DNA from: Octopus vulgaris
Lineage: Eukaryota
DNA length: 64,000 nt
Reading direction: 5' to 3'
Assembly (NCBI GenBank): GCA_951406725.2
Contig: OX597821.1
Span: forward strand, 16,678,001 to 16,742,000
The position numbers and the translations under genes were made by a program. Below the pieces are notes generated by a model, which was not told the origin of the DNA, ran no database searches, and was given only the letters and a program-made list of their open reading frames with translations. Positions 12,042-25,399 of this stretch are shown here, in pieces (position 1 is the stretch's first letter; each line of letters begins with the position of its first letter).

Positions 12042-13049
12042 GACACATATATAAACAGAGAATTATTTCTATTTTAGATGTTTTGTATGTGGATCTTTGT
12101 GTTAAATAGCATTGGGAGTTATTATAGTGTTAGGAAATCTTAATTTTGGACGTTATTGTAAAACGCGTTCAACAACAAAGATAGCAACAACATAAATTGA
12201 TATATGCGTATATTCCTCACAGATATAATATGACCGATGTCTTGTTTATTTTCAGAGACGAGAAATCATTGGAAAATAAAATTATAGCTAAATGAATACT
12301 AAATATATACAAGCTAACCACAATCTGGATAGAGGTAATAGCAGCAGCTGTAGTGGAGTACACAGTGGTAGTAGTGGTATGTGAGGAAAATTGTTCACTA
12401 AATTTCATGGACAGAAGAGGAATCTGACATTTAGTAACTGATATTCGTTCTGAGATGAAAGAAAAATGTCAACTGGAAACACATATTTTTCAGTTGAAAA
12501 AAATCTATTTCCTCTCAAACGAAGGCTCAGTCACGAAAAATTCAATCCTGTTTTATTTTTTCTTTCGGCAAACGAACATATTTAAACTCATAGAGTTGAA
12601 ATATAAACGCAATGACACATATGCTAAATATATAATAATTATATGGACCGGATCATCAAACACTTCTTTTTTTTTTTCAGGCAGCAGGTATTACAAAGGA
12701 AGTGATTAATATTATTCAACTCGCATAACCTTTAAAGTATATCGGTACCGATTAGAAATATACACCAGGGGTTAATATTACACATATTGATAGATTCTTT
12801 ACAGCATGGAAATTATATATTTTAGGGCACTCTGGAATAGTATTGATTTTATTTGTAATTAACAATTATTGATATTTAGACCGAAGCTGCTGAGCGTCAG
12901 CAGCCAAGAATGGTGAAAATAATGTTCACGGCCCGGACAGAACGGTTGTTCACTTCCATAAGATCGGCCAACAGAAAATTTGCATAAAGCCTAGCAGTGA
13001 TGGAATTGATTTGATTCGCATGAAAAAGTAGTGAATAAAATAAATGCTT

Positions 13050-13290
13050 ATTCTCTTCTCCAATTATCTTTGTATTGTTTCAGTCATTAGACTGCGGCCA
13101 TGCTAGAGCACTACCTGGAAGAGGTTTAGTTGAACACACCGAACACAGTAATATATTTTCTAAGCCTGAAGTTATTCTTTCAAATTTTAATATTGAACAA
13201 GTAAGTTACGGGGGTGTAAACTAACTAACGCCGTTTGTCATTTGGAGGTGAGAGGGACGAACATAAGCTCACACGCACACACACACATAC
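13050..13290 (-). mobile_element. tRNA-derived SINE, 3' half, degenerate
   Basis: ttgtttcagtcattagactgcggccatgct matches the 3' end of the family at 44256 and 56105. Confidence 0.75.
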
Positions 13291-13292
13291 AC

Positions 13293-13448
13293 AGCCTTGT
13301 TACCTTCTGTGTGAGGCTGAATCTCCTTGAGAACTACCTTATGGTATGCATGTTTGTGGAGTACTCAGCTACTTGCGCGTTAATTTTACGAGCAGACTGT
13401 TCCATTTATCAGATAAACAGAAACCTCGTCGTCGTAACAGATGGAGTG
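13293..13448. repeat. Dispersed repeat, probably a SINE segment; partial second copy at about 13843-13915
   Basis: ggctgaatctcc(t/c)tgagaactac...atgcatgt(t/c)tgt(g/t)gagtactcagc occurs at both positions. Confidence 0.65.
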
Positions 13449-14046
13449 TGGTTATTTTAAACGAAAGAAAAGGAAATGTCCCCTATCGGAAGGCTAAAAT
13501 GTCATGTGTTTAGTATAAGCAGTGAAAGCTAAGACAAAATAATTGCTATTCCGTCGCGTGTTCGCCCTCGACTCACGCTCTGTTTTATAAAAACAGCCTG
13601 CACATGGGTGTTTATCTGGGTATTAGCCTCCAGGTCTGTGAGACCCACAAATGCTGCTGATAGGACCGGGTTAACATCTATAGTGATCCTAACGACTCAA
13701 AAGATTTTCCTACCCCTGTATAGGATCTGTTTTTCGTTTTCTTCTAACCCCTTGAAAGTTTATCTTGCTCCAGTCCATTCAGCTGGCCAAAATGAGTTGT
13801 AGCTGTAATTCAAATGGATCAGCATTGTCGTATTCTGTATATGGCTGAATCTCCCTGAGAACTACGCTAATGATATGCATGTCTGTTGAGTACTCAGCCG
13901 CTTGCGAGTTATTCTTATCCTCGTGTGGTAATAAAAAGTGAAAGTGACACCCAATATATGCTGTGGTTCTAATGTCTCTCTCGTTTTCTCTCTTTCTCTT
14001 CCACTTCCTCTGTGTCCCTCCGCTCGCCCGCTTGTAATTTAACAAC

Positions 14047-14084
<38 letters not shown>

Positions 14085-14423
14085 ACTTTAAAATCATAAT
14101 ACGAACGCCGTCACGACTCGCTGTCTCTCACTCTCTCTCTCTCTCTCTTTCTTTCTCACTTTTTCTCTGTTTCTCTCACTCTCTTTTTCTCTTAGTTCCT
14201 CTCTGAATCGTTAAAACACAAAACGAACGTCTTCACCACTTACTGTCTCTTTCACTCTATCTCTCTCTTTCTCTCTCACTCTCACTCTCTCTATCTCAAT
14301 CTCTCTCACTCTCTTTCTCTTTGTCTCATACTTCCTCTCTTGTCTCCTCACTTTCCATTTGCCATTCCTTTAAAATAAGTGTGACACACACCAGGCGTAA
14401 GTGCAAAACAAACAAAACTAAGC

Positions 14424-14482
14424 CTATTATTATTATTTTTTTAATATTATTATTATTATTATTATTATTAGTAGTAGTAGTA

Positions 14483-14567
<85 letters not shown>
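14424..14567. repeat. (TTA)n(GTA)n microsatellite
   Basis: Directly visible. Confidence 0.98.
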
Positions 14568-14568
<1 letters not shown>

Positions 14569-14932
14569 TTTGATATTGTGATCACGACGATGGCAAAGAA
14601 GAAGAGCAGTAGCTCAAAAACAGTAAGAGTAAACACCCTGTCGTAGGGATTTTATAAGTTTATACAAAGAAAGGAAATCGGAAGGAGGGCCAAGAATGAC
14701 ATAAACGGAAGATATGGCTTTATCGGCTCAGAATCAATACTTAGATGCGAAAAAAAATGTAATCATTGAAAAATGAAAAAAAAGGGCGAACATAAAGTGC
14801 AAACAATATAATGAAAATAAACATTTTCAACAATTGATCTGTATGTTATTTATGTTTGTTATCACTGGGCTTTAGTTATGCTTTTCAATACATTTCTTTT
14901 ATCGTTTTCATGGAACCTATTTTTATGAGATA

Positions 14933-15724
14933 CTAGCAGTATCGCCCGGCGTTGCCCGGGTTTGTAAGGGAAATAACTATATAAGCATTTTTAGTGAGTT
15001 ATAGCAAAAAAATAGCAAAAAATGCATTAAAAATGGAATAAAAAATGATGGTAATTTTTTTAAAATCGTAGACTCATCGTAGACGCGCGCTAATACCTAG
15101 AAGGGCTCGATATGAATCACGACCATAAGATACCCGGTTTTGGTTACACTGCACCGCAAAATGTGGGAGTAGTTAGGAATCTAAATCGTAGGAGACAGAC
15201 ACACAACTTCACTTTTATATATAAAGATTTGTGCAACAACTAAAACATTCGGTTGTGCAAATTGTTTGCACAGGAAACCTGCCCTGTGTGGCGGTAATTG
15301 CCGTTTTTGTGGATCTGTTTCAGCTTTTTTAGCGATTTCTGTTTTGGCGACTTCAAGCCATGAAGTCGTTGTTCTAAAAGAACGCTGGTCTCCTTGACAA
15401 CGCATTACGACGTTGCTTTCCTTACACTCCCTTCCCCACAGCTTCACGAGAGAGGGAAGAAGGGGGAGAAGCAAACAGGTGCAGGTGTGAGCGTGGACGC
15501 CAACTCCGCCGCCATCGACACACGAAAAAATATGCATTAAAATGGAATAAAAAATGATGTTAAATTATTTTTAAAATCGTAGACTCATCGTAGACGCGTG
15601 CATAATGAATCACGACTATAAGATACCCGGTTTTGATTAAACTGCACCGCAAAATGTGGGAGTGGTTAGGAATCTAAATCGAAGGGGACAGACACTCACA
15701 CAACTACAGTTTTATATATATAGA
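14933..15724 (-). mobile_element. Non-autonomous Helitron-like composite (two 5' TC ends, one 3' hairpin-CTAG end)
   Basis: Minus-strand 3' end CCCGGGCAACGCCGGG hairpin then CTAG|T at 14933. 5' A|TC ends at 15227 and 15724. About 15020-15227 is repeated at about 15530-15724. Confidence 0.8.
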
Positions 15725-17254
15725 TAGTCAAGGACATTCTGTACCAACTTTACAGAGTAGAACTCATAAAAGAATAACGTATTTTGCTATTAGTCGTAAC
15801 GCATAGAACGGTAAAGGCCACATAACAATGTCATTTCAAAAATAGGATTAGTAACTTGACTATAAATGGTTCGATCTGGTAAATTTCAACATGGAAACAG
15901 TCTGAATGTTCGGAAAATTCCAAGCCATTCTGAAATTTTATCACTGATTGGAAAGTGAACAGGAAATTTTTTTTCGTTTCTTTTTTTTATATTAAATTTA
16001 GTCAGGTTTGTCGGCCAAGACTAAAATAGGAAGTCTCCTGCTCAAAATCTGAGATTGTAATTACATAAAATTCATGACTAAATAATTCAGTATAGACATA
16101 AAACTAAATTACCTCAGGTGCTGTTATTGTGTATATTAATTCGCTTTTCTTCGTTTCCCAAGATTAAGATTTGATTATGTCCCCCTGAAACATTACATTT
16201 TCTTAAAATAATTGATGCGCTGAATAAATGTCGACTCCATCTAATCTGTTTACTTGTTTCAATTCCCATTTGTTCTTCTTTGAAGAACGATTTAATATAA
16301 TAGGTTTCAGCCGCTGTCTTTAATTTAATATAAAGCACTTTCTCTTATTTTGTATCTTTGTAATTCAGCTGTCTCTCTCTGCTTCTTTTTCAATATTCTC
16401 TTGCCGCATTTTTTGTACATAAACCTCACCCCATATTTATTATATTTCTATATGATTACGGCTAGTTTGAAATTTAATAACTTTCAATTCGCTAATATCT
16501 ATATATACATCTACATTTAGCCTGTAATTATTTCCTTTTATATCGGTTGGAATATAAACCTATCTAGACATTCATAATGGTATAACAACTCGAACACGAA
16601 CACAAATTAAAAAGTGATAGGTCAAATATTTAGAAACTATTCGATACTTTAAACAATAATCAGGTTGTGAGCCAGAAACTGCCTAAATTTACTCGCATCA
16701 CTTGGAAAATAGTAATTACTGATTATTTAAGTCGATTACTTGTGCTGAAATTAAAGTTGTTATCGGCTTTCTTTCAAGTTTTTCCAGGTCTTTTAATAGT
16801 TTGAAAGATGGTTATACTTTAGTTTAATATACTTGTTTAATCACCTAGAAAACTAATTGCCGATACAATTGATATACAGACTAAAACAAGGGGATAAAAA
16901 TTCAAATAGATGGTACGGTAAAGAGAGAAACTAAAAACAAATAGAAAATAAATAGTTCTATGGCCTACTAAAGAATGGGAAACTGGTATTAATATTCAAA
17001 AGTACAATATATTGGATAAGAATCTAGCATTAAAAATATTATTAGCAATTTGCATTAACTTTAATTTAGCTGAGAGTCATTTTGGAAATAATTTTCATGC
17101 ACTATTTGACGCATATCATTATAACTCTTTTATTCTTTACTTCTCTCTGTCAATGCATAGACATTATTTTGTTTACCATATTGATTCTTTACCTATTTCA
17201 GATCGGTACGTATTTCATTGATCCTATCGAATGCCAAAGCTAATATCTAATGTT

Positions 17255-17375
17255 GCTTGACTACGTTGTGGGAAGTTTTTTTCACAACAATATGATTCCA
17301 ATTTCGGTCCCACTGCGTAGCTCCTGGGGCAAGTGTCATCTATTTTATCTCGCGGCCAGGACACTGAAGGAACCC
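17255..17375 (+). mobile_element. tRNA-derived SINE 5' fragment
   Basis: ttcggtcccactgcgtagctcctggggcaagtgtcatct matches the head of the 56105 copy. Confidence 0.7.
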
Positions 17376-17408
17376 CATCGTGTACACACACACACACACA
17401 TACACACG

Positions 17409-17465
<57 letters not shown>

Positions 17466-18154
17466 GTTTTTGATCGTGTGTGCGCGCGCATGGTCTAGGT
17501 GTAATTTTCAGCTTAAGTTTCCCTACTGCTTAAGAACCAGTACTTAGATGTTTAGCAGATGAGACCTGTTAGAACAAGTAACAGTCTTTAAATATTCGCA
17601 GTTTAACCAGTGGGACAAGAAAGGGTTAAATAATAAAAGAAATTGACATAGCACTTTAAACCAGCATACACAAAACATAGACATAGGCACATATGCACAT
17701 ACACAAACATATATATATATATATATATATATAAATGTAACTGTGATACAGTTGTATCATATGTGTCATTCAAAAATGCAGCGAACCAGAGACTGCTCCA
17801 TAGGAAACCTGGTCGTAAATTTAGATATAAAACAGGAATAATATTGAACTATAGCGTAGAATATACAATGTAGAAGCTATCAAATGGGACCGCCATTGCT
17901 GAACTTATTGCAGTATGTCCAGAATATGATGGCAAAGATCTATAATATATCTATTACCACATGCGTTCTATATATCATGTCAGATTGTGAATAGTAAGCC
18001 ATAAAAATATGATTTAACTACACGATTAACGCTTAATATTTTCAAATATAATATAAAATATCATAATATATATATATGTGTGTGTATGTCTGTGTATGTA
18101 TATATGCATGTATATATGTATGTACGCATGTATGTATGTATGAAGGCATATATG

Positions 18155-18189
<35 letters not shown>

Positions 18190-18200
18190 ATGTATATGTG

Positions 18201-18252
<52 letters not shown>

Positions 18253-18261
18253 AATATATAA

Positions 18262-18296
<35 letters not shown>

Positions 18297-19132
18297 GAGC
18301 ATTACAGATAGTTTTAAAATCTCTAATTGAGATTTTAATAGTAATGATACTGAAAGTAAAGTTCACTTGCCAACGTAAGGTGGCTGTCCTACGAAGAAGT
18401 ATATTACTACATTTTAATCCCAGGAAAAAAAGTTTTGCAGGTGGTTATCGACACGTGATTTGTGTTTGATATACAGTAACCAAAGGAGCATACAACTCCC
18501 CCTTTAGTTATTTGCACAAGCATCACACCATGGTTTCTGGATTATTTCTCGTCATTATCCTCTTCTAACATCAAGTATTCTCTCTTAAAAGAAGAGTTCT
18601 TACGTATTTCCTGCAGTTCGCCTTAAAATTGACTAATGCATTAATACCATTCCTTCGCTAACGTCCCGGTCCTGTAGCTTAAATCTGCCAAATAAGAAAA
18701 ATGCAGCAGTTATTTGAATATAGGAACCCGGTACATTACACTATATGTAGCTATGTTTTATGATTTTAGATATACGTATCTAACCATTCACCATTCTTAG
18801 TTGAGCAGCACATTATCGTCTCTAACATCGCCGCATTCTCACCTTTTCTTTGCAATAATTTAGAATTAATTAACGGTTAATTCTAGTTGTGGGTAATTTG
18901 CATGTGGTTTCATTATTTCGATGAATTTAAGAACATAAAATTAAGTGTTCTATTTGGAAGACGATACGCTATCTTGGGTTATGGTGTTAGCACATTGTAT
19001 GTATTGTGGTAAATGATTAACGTGGTCATAGAGGGCGCTCAAAATCTTTTTTCTTTTCAGCGCTAGTATTTTATATCTTTCTTAAGGTTTTGTTTTAGTA
19101 CATACTAATATATCTTCATTAGTGTACTGATA

Positions 19133-19423
19133 TGTAGTTAGGGCAGCGGACTCGCGGTCGGAAGATCGCGAATTCGATTGCCAGACCGGGTGTTGTGTGT
19201 GTTTATTGAGCGAAAACACCTAAAGCTCCACGAGGTTCCGGCAGGGGGTGATGGCAACCCCAGTTGTACTCTTTCGCCCAACTTTCTCTCACTCCTTCTT
19301 CCTGTTTCTTTAGTAACGCTGCGATGGGCTGGCGTCCCGTCCAGCTGGGTGGAACACATACGCCATAGAAACAGGGAAACCGGACCCGTGAGTCTGGCTT
19401 GGCTTGAAAAGGGCGCATTAAAA
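19133..19423 (+). mobile_element. tRNA-derived SINE, distinct GC-rich family
   Basis: Head gtagttagggcagcggactcgcgg...gaattcgattgccagacc (A/B-box-like), internal ctgcgatgggctggcgtcccgtccag block, A-rich end. Confidence 0.75.
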
Positions 19424-19571
19424 ATGTATGCACGTATGTATGGGTGTATGCGCTTGTGTGTTTGCGTGTAAGTTGTATGCACGCATGTGGGTGTGTGGTG
19501 TGTAAGTATACGTATGTATGTATATGTTTATGTATGAAATATATATATATGTATGTGTCTATATATATATG

Positions 19572-19618
<47 letters not shown>

Positions 19619-19762
19619 GTGAATGAATTATCCTATGTTTATCGTCAGCATGGAACATTCGTTTAACCGAAACCTGGGTAGAAAATTCACGTCAGAGACA
19701 CAGTTGAAGCGACCTGTCCAAGGGTAGAAACTCCGGGTTCATGTGCAGAAATTTGTGTGTTG

Positions 19763-19898
19763 TATATGAATAAATGAAAGAATGGAGTCGAACGAAGATG
19801 TTAACACAATTCCTATACTGGAAAACATGTCTTCGAAACATATGTCGAGAGTAAAGGAATTTTGTTAACATCTTCGTTCGACTCCATTCTTTCATTTA

Positions 19899-19906
<8 letters not shown>
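19763..19906. repeat. 57-bp inverted repeat enclosing the 3' half of a hammerhead-like motif
   Basis: Arms 19763-19819 and 19850-19906 (2 mismatches). The spacer contains GAAAACATGTCTTC-GAAA-CATATG-T-C. (TA)n tracts lie on both sides of the module. Confidence 0.85.
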
Positions 19907-19934
<28 letters not shown>

Positions 19935-21137
19935 CTCACCAGTTCCTCCAAGATTTTTGCAGTAAGATTTTTAAAACATACTTCAATAAAAATTGAAATT
20001 ATAACTTACACCCGATTTGATGCAGTGACACCAAAAACGGCAATAACATCTACAACGGCAACAAATACAATGGAATAATGATTAACGATTTAGCAATATG
20101 TTGTTACATCGCAGGAAGGTATGCATTCCACCTTCTGATGATACTATTATTTGTTCCACAGCGATGGTATCCTCAAGCTTCAATGCCCACAATTGTAAAT
20201 ACTAGACAACGTTGCAATCATTGAACAAGAGAAGGCAGAGAAAGGGTCTTTCAGATCTGAAATGTCATAAACTTACACTATTTCACCAAATTAGTAATGT
20301 AGTATGTGAAAGTTCCACGCTGGTTTTGAATACAAGGTAATATGCATGGAAAATCGGTGACGTTCCTTTGGGAAGATCTGCCATCGATAAAAATCAACGG
20401 ATCGATATATTTTGGAGATCTTTCGAGCATGAGCCTACGGATAATTTTCAGCAATCCTTGACCTGTCATTGCTCTCCACGGTAGGTGCATAGTTTATCGC
20501 CGGTTTGAAATAAACTCAAAACGCATAGAAATTCCATCAAGTATGCTTCTACGAGTTGTGGACAGGGCAACAAAACTACTATTGCTGAAAAGAACAGAAA
20601 TATTTTCCTTCAGTGAAGGCCTTTGCGAAAGTGGTTGAGTGACGCAGAAGACTAAATCTATTCAAACAAGACATCAGGTTTTTAAAGTTTTACTTCAAAA
20701 GGTTGAGGGGGAATTCCTATCTCTCAGGAAATTGTTTAAATTTCGATTACCGTAGAGAGCATAGATCTAATATCAACTTTAGTAGGATATTTGGAAAAAA
20801 TTTCTTTACCTTAGTCGTCAGATTGAGTATGGTTTCGTGGGATTGCGACGGGTAACCATCAAAGTTTCGCCCTTTGTGAGAACATTAAATGTTTAGTTTA
20901 TACATTTCGTTGATATCTCTTAGTAGTTTTTAAAATAAAGCGGTAAACCGAAATCTTCCAGGAGATACGATTGTGTAGATATCTCATACATGTCATGACG
21001 TTGGAGAAGAGAGTTGGAAATATGTATACGATGGGATCATTTGAATTAAAGGTAGCTAACTCAGGACAGCTTCGAGAACTGCAGTCGCTGTAGTAGCAGG
21101 AAGATTGGAGAGACTGCATGTATACGTTTCCAACTCC

Positions 21138-21225
21138 ATCACCAACATCATCATCACCATCATCATCATCATCATCATCATCGTCATCAGCATCATCATT
21201 ATCGTTGTCGTTGTCGTCGTCATTG
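21138..21225. repeat. (CAT)n/(CGT)n microsatellite
   Basis: Directly visible. Confidence 0.95.
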
Positions 21226-22857
21226 TCAATAAAAAATATTGAAATATCGAGTTAATTATCACTGATTAATGCCTCTCTCATTTCAAGATTGAGACCTGGA
21301 ACGTTTATTCCTTTTAACCATTGAACTGACGAAGCTAAGGGAATAATAAACTATTGTTGATGATGATATTATTGGAATATCACACCACTACCATTTCATT
21401 GTTAATAGTACAGTTGCTATGGTAACCATATTTCTTGGGGCTTTTGTCTATTACATGTTTATTTGTCAGAATTCTTCAGTTGCAAGTGCAATGTTAAATA
21501 AAATTATTGGAATATTCTTAATTCTGCTCTGGAGGCAAAATATTGACATTTATCAAATAATTTGTTTACAGTAAGTATAAAAAATACACAACTCTTAGTA
21601 ACTTGTTTGTTTACTATCCTGAAACTAATCTTAAATTTGGAAATAATATATTTTTATATGGTTGTTTTATCTCTAAAGGGGAAAAAAATTAATGTGCTGG
21701 AATACACCGGCAGTTCTTTAACACATCACGAAATGCTAAATACCAATGTGTATATTACTTTCTTTTTAAATCTGCTTTGTTCTCATAATTTAATCTTCCC
21801 AGTGGATGGCATAAATAATGTAAACTGCTACAAGACAATATTTGGAAATCTTCAATTCAAAGCTACAATTACATTGAAAATTATAGTATTTACTACATCT
21901 TAATTATGTAGCTGTAACAGATAATATGCGAAACTGCAATTTTACATCTAAATAATAACAATCAGAAACAAAGATTGGCTTGAAAACTAGACAGATGGCT
22001 TCGGAGACTGTATATTAAATGGTGTATTTTAGATATATAAACTTGTATATGATATAAAACTCATCAAACATGTTGTTCTCTAATCGAAAGTTCCTTTTCT
22101 AGCCCCAATATTGCATTGTAAAGACAAAATTAATCACGAATAAGCGTATGTGGTTTAGCCATTGTTTATAACCTATCTTAAATCTGATAAAAATGGCTGA
22201 AAATAAATATAAATATATTTGAAATATTGTCATATTTGGCACCCCAATGCAATATTTCATGCTTGGCAACATAATTATACGTTTACATCATTCAAACTCT
22301 CTCTCTTATTCTCTCATTCTCTTTCAGTGTCTTTCTCCCTCTCTCTCAATTTCAATAATCTCTTTCTCCTTCTTTCTGTTCTATGCTACCATAAATATTT
22401 CGAAGTACCGTATTGACCTTACAAACATATTCTCTATGAAAAGACAGTATTCAATTTTATAATTACAATTCCTTTTGTGTATTACCACATTTCAAGTTCA
22501 GTCTATAAACTGTAAATCACTGGATGTTGTAGTATCATCACATCACCATATTACAACACATGATTACATAAAAATCTATTCTTTACTTATTTTATATAAT
22601 CTGAAAAATATATTTGACAGACAAAACACACATGGTGACGTACAAAGAGATTTAGCATCACATATCAAAATTCAGTAATAACTTCATAAATACATAAAAC
22701 ATAAACACATATATAAACACAAATGCACACACATATAAGCACACACTGGCACACACGCACACGCACACACTCACATAAAAACACTCACACACATATGGGT
22801 GTATATATGAATGTGCGTGTCTGTGTATGCATATATACATATTATATTCGTTTCATA

Positions 22858-23060
22858 TTTTGGCATATGGCCAGCCATTTCGGCGACGGGTTAAACCGAC
22901 TATATCGACACCAGTATTCATCTGGTACATTTTATATTGACCCAGAAAGGACGAAAAGTGGACCGAGTGGACCGAGACAAGTGGACCTAGATTTAAACGA
23001 AGAACGTAAATAAATACTACATTTTCCCACTCGTAGTAACTATACAGTCAGCTCACCACG
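22858..23060 (-). mobile_element. Degenerate SINE (family of 4685-4790)
   Basis: Recalled similarity to an octopus SINE body (cgacaccagtattcatctggtac...gacccagaaaggacgaaaag); highly decayed. Confidence 0.4.
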
Positions 23061-23162
23061 TTATATAGATATGTATATTGATAGTAGCATCTTTATACAC
23101 ACACATATATACGTATACATATATATGTATACGTATATATGTATATAAATATATGCGTATGC

Positions 23163-23210
<48 letters not shown>

Positions 23211-23397
23211 CATTAATCTAAAGCACATTAAATTGTCCCCCTCCTAGAAATCAGAGGTTAAAACTCTCGTTTGGACCATCAAAAATATTTATACTGAAAA
23301 GAACAGATTCGGCAGTATACGGGGGTGCGACCCGAAAAACACTCTCACGTACCTGTATAGCATAAAGCTATATAGTTACTGGAACAGGTTTCTGCTT

Positions 23398-23446
23398 TGT
23401 GGACCGGTTTCTGGTTTGATACCAATATATTCCCTTCTTCAGCACA
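23398..23446 (-). ncRNA. Type I hammerhead-ribozyme-like motif with intact core
   Basis: Minus strand: TGTG-CTGAAGA-AGGGAATATATTGGTATCAAACCA-GAAA-CCGG-T-C-CACA. 4-bp stem I, exact CUGANGA and GAAA boxes, palindromic ACCGGT stem III, GUC triplet; stem II is irregular. It lies in a ~400 bp module between (TA)n tracts. Confidence 0.65.
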
Positions 23447-23604
23447 TCTTACCCCTTTAAAACATCTTCCCAGTCCGCCACGTTGAAACCTGCTGTCGTC
23501 CTTAATTGCTTAGAGGCAAATTAATATTGTTATTATCATAAACTATTTCTACTACCTTCGATAATAATAGCAATATTTATATTTACGTAAACATTTACTT
23601 CTGA

Positions 23605-23658
<54 letters not shown>

Positions 23659-23865
23659 GTTTAAATATTTGTTGTGCAAGATTTTTTTATGTGAAGTCGT
23701 GTGTTGAAACATATATTGTTGTATTTAGGAATGGTCATTTTGCCAGTTTAGCCAATAAAAACACACGCATTTGGTGTTACTTGGTGTTACTTTGCTTCAG
23801 GAGTGTGACGAAAGAACTCTGGCCGAAATAAGATTAAGATTAATGTAAAAAATAAATAACATATA

Positions 23866-25152
23866 CGAGGGGCGTTCAATAAGTAATGCCCCTGAACCAC
23901 TTCCCATAACAGTAGAGCAACGAAACTTGGCACAGTTATTAGTCTTTTTCTACATAGGAACCACCCAGAGTTACGCATTTCTCCCATCGTTTGATGCGGC
24001 TCTGGAGACCGTTTTTGTAGAACCCAGCTTGGTCCTCCAACCTCAACGTGACTTCAGAAATCAAGGCTGCATCATCTGGGAAACGCTTTCCTCTCAAAAA
24101 CAACATCATGATTGGGAAGAGGTGAAAATCAGAGGAATGCAAGGTCAGGAAAGTAGGGGGGATGGGGAGGAGTTCATAGCCATACGCCTGTGCTTCTGAT
24201 CTGGCGACAAGCGAGTTGTGGACCGGAGCGTTGTCCTGCAGGAGGAGGATGCCTTTGCTGATCTTGCCCCGCCTCTTGATTTTGATAACTTCTCTTAATT
24301 TCCTCAAAAGTGAAGCATAATAGGCTCCTGCAATTGTGGTACCCTTTGCCAGGAAATCTGTCATCACTACTCCGTCCTGGTCCCAGAAAAGTGAGCATGA
24401 CCTTGCCAGCGGAGGGCTGCACCCTTGCCTTCTTTGGAGGGGGTGAGTCACGGTGCTTCCACTGCATTGACTGGGCTTTGGTCTCTGGATCATCGTGATG
24501 GACCCAGGTTTCATCCTGTGTAATCATTCTTTTGAAAAATTTTGACTCATCTTCTTGGCACATCTCCAAATTCACCCTTGAGCACTCGACGCGTTCTTGC
24601 TTCTGGAAAGGCGTGAGCAACCTAGGAATCCATCTGGCAGACACCTTTTGCATATTCAAATGGTCATGAATGATAGTTTCCACAGACCCGGTACTAATTT
24701 TGACCTCATGGGCTATTTGGCGAATAATTATGCGTCGATCTTCCAAAATGGCACCCTCAACTTGACGGACAGATGCCTCATGAATGGCAGAAGGGGGCGA
24801 CCAGATCTGGGAGCTGTTTCCACAGAGTTCCGACCATGTTTGAATTGACGATGCCAGCGTTTTACAAGGTCATATGATGGGGATTCATCACCATAAGTTA
24901 CTTTCATTTCATCAAAAGTCTCCCGTGGTGTGCGTCCTTTCAAATACAAAAACCGGATCACTGCTCGACACTCAACAGGCTCCATTTCACACTTGACTCG
25001 GTTCAAACACCTGTAAATCAGAAACCACAATTAATTCAGAGCTGTAATTTGCCACTTACTCTATAGAGATATAAATGATTACACATGCAAAATCTCAGCT
25101 AGATCAAACAACTGCAAGTGGGTCAGAGGCATTACTTATTGAACGTCCCTCG
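23866..25152 (-). mobile_element. Complete mariner transposon (1287 bp), frameshifted
   Basis: TIRs CGAGGGGCGTTCAATAAGTAATGCCCCTGA / CGAGGGACGTTCAATAAGTAATGCCTCTGA, TA on both sides, canonical size. Confidence 0.97.
23939..24985 (-). pseudogene. mariner transposase pseudogene (DD34D-type)
   Basis: MEPVECRAVIRFLYLKG N-terminus, RSGRP, WIPRLL, ITQDETWVHH, LLQDNAPVH, SDFHLF, RWEKCV; split over three ORF-track frames. Confidence 0.95.
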
Positions 25153-25399
25153 TATATATATGCATACGTTTCCTAGCTAGCAGAATCTAGGAATTAATAA
25201 GTACTCAACGAGGGTTTCTCTACTAGCTAATCAGGTCGAAAATTCTTTTACTTAAATAGAGATACTTAGAGATTGAGTCTCAATATGAAATAAGCCTACA
25301 ACCATCTACGCTTGCAAATTACTATTATTCATGAAAATTGGTTTTTATACTTACCTGGGCTTTCTTGCTTGCGACCTGGGCTTTCTTGCTTGCGTCAGT

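Noticed and set aside
20005-20590. Putative minus-strand exons
   Set aside because: Stops occur in all frames, and the implied intron near 20257-20275 is too short.
25353-25395. 21-bp tandem duplication acctgggctttcttgcttgcg (similar 18-bp duplication at about 42483-42522)
   Set aside because: Ordinary local slippage duplications with no sign of function.
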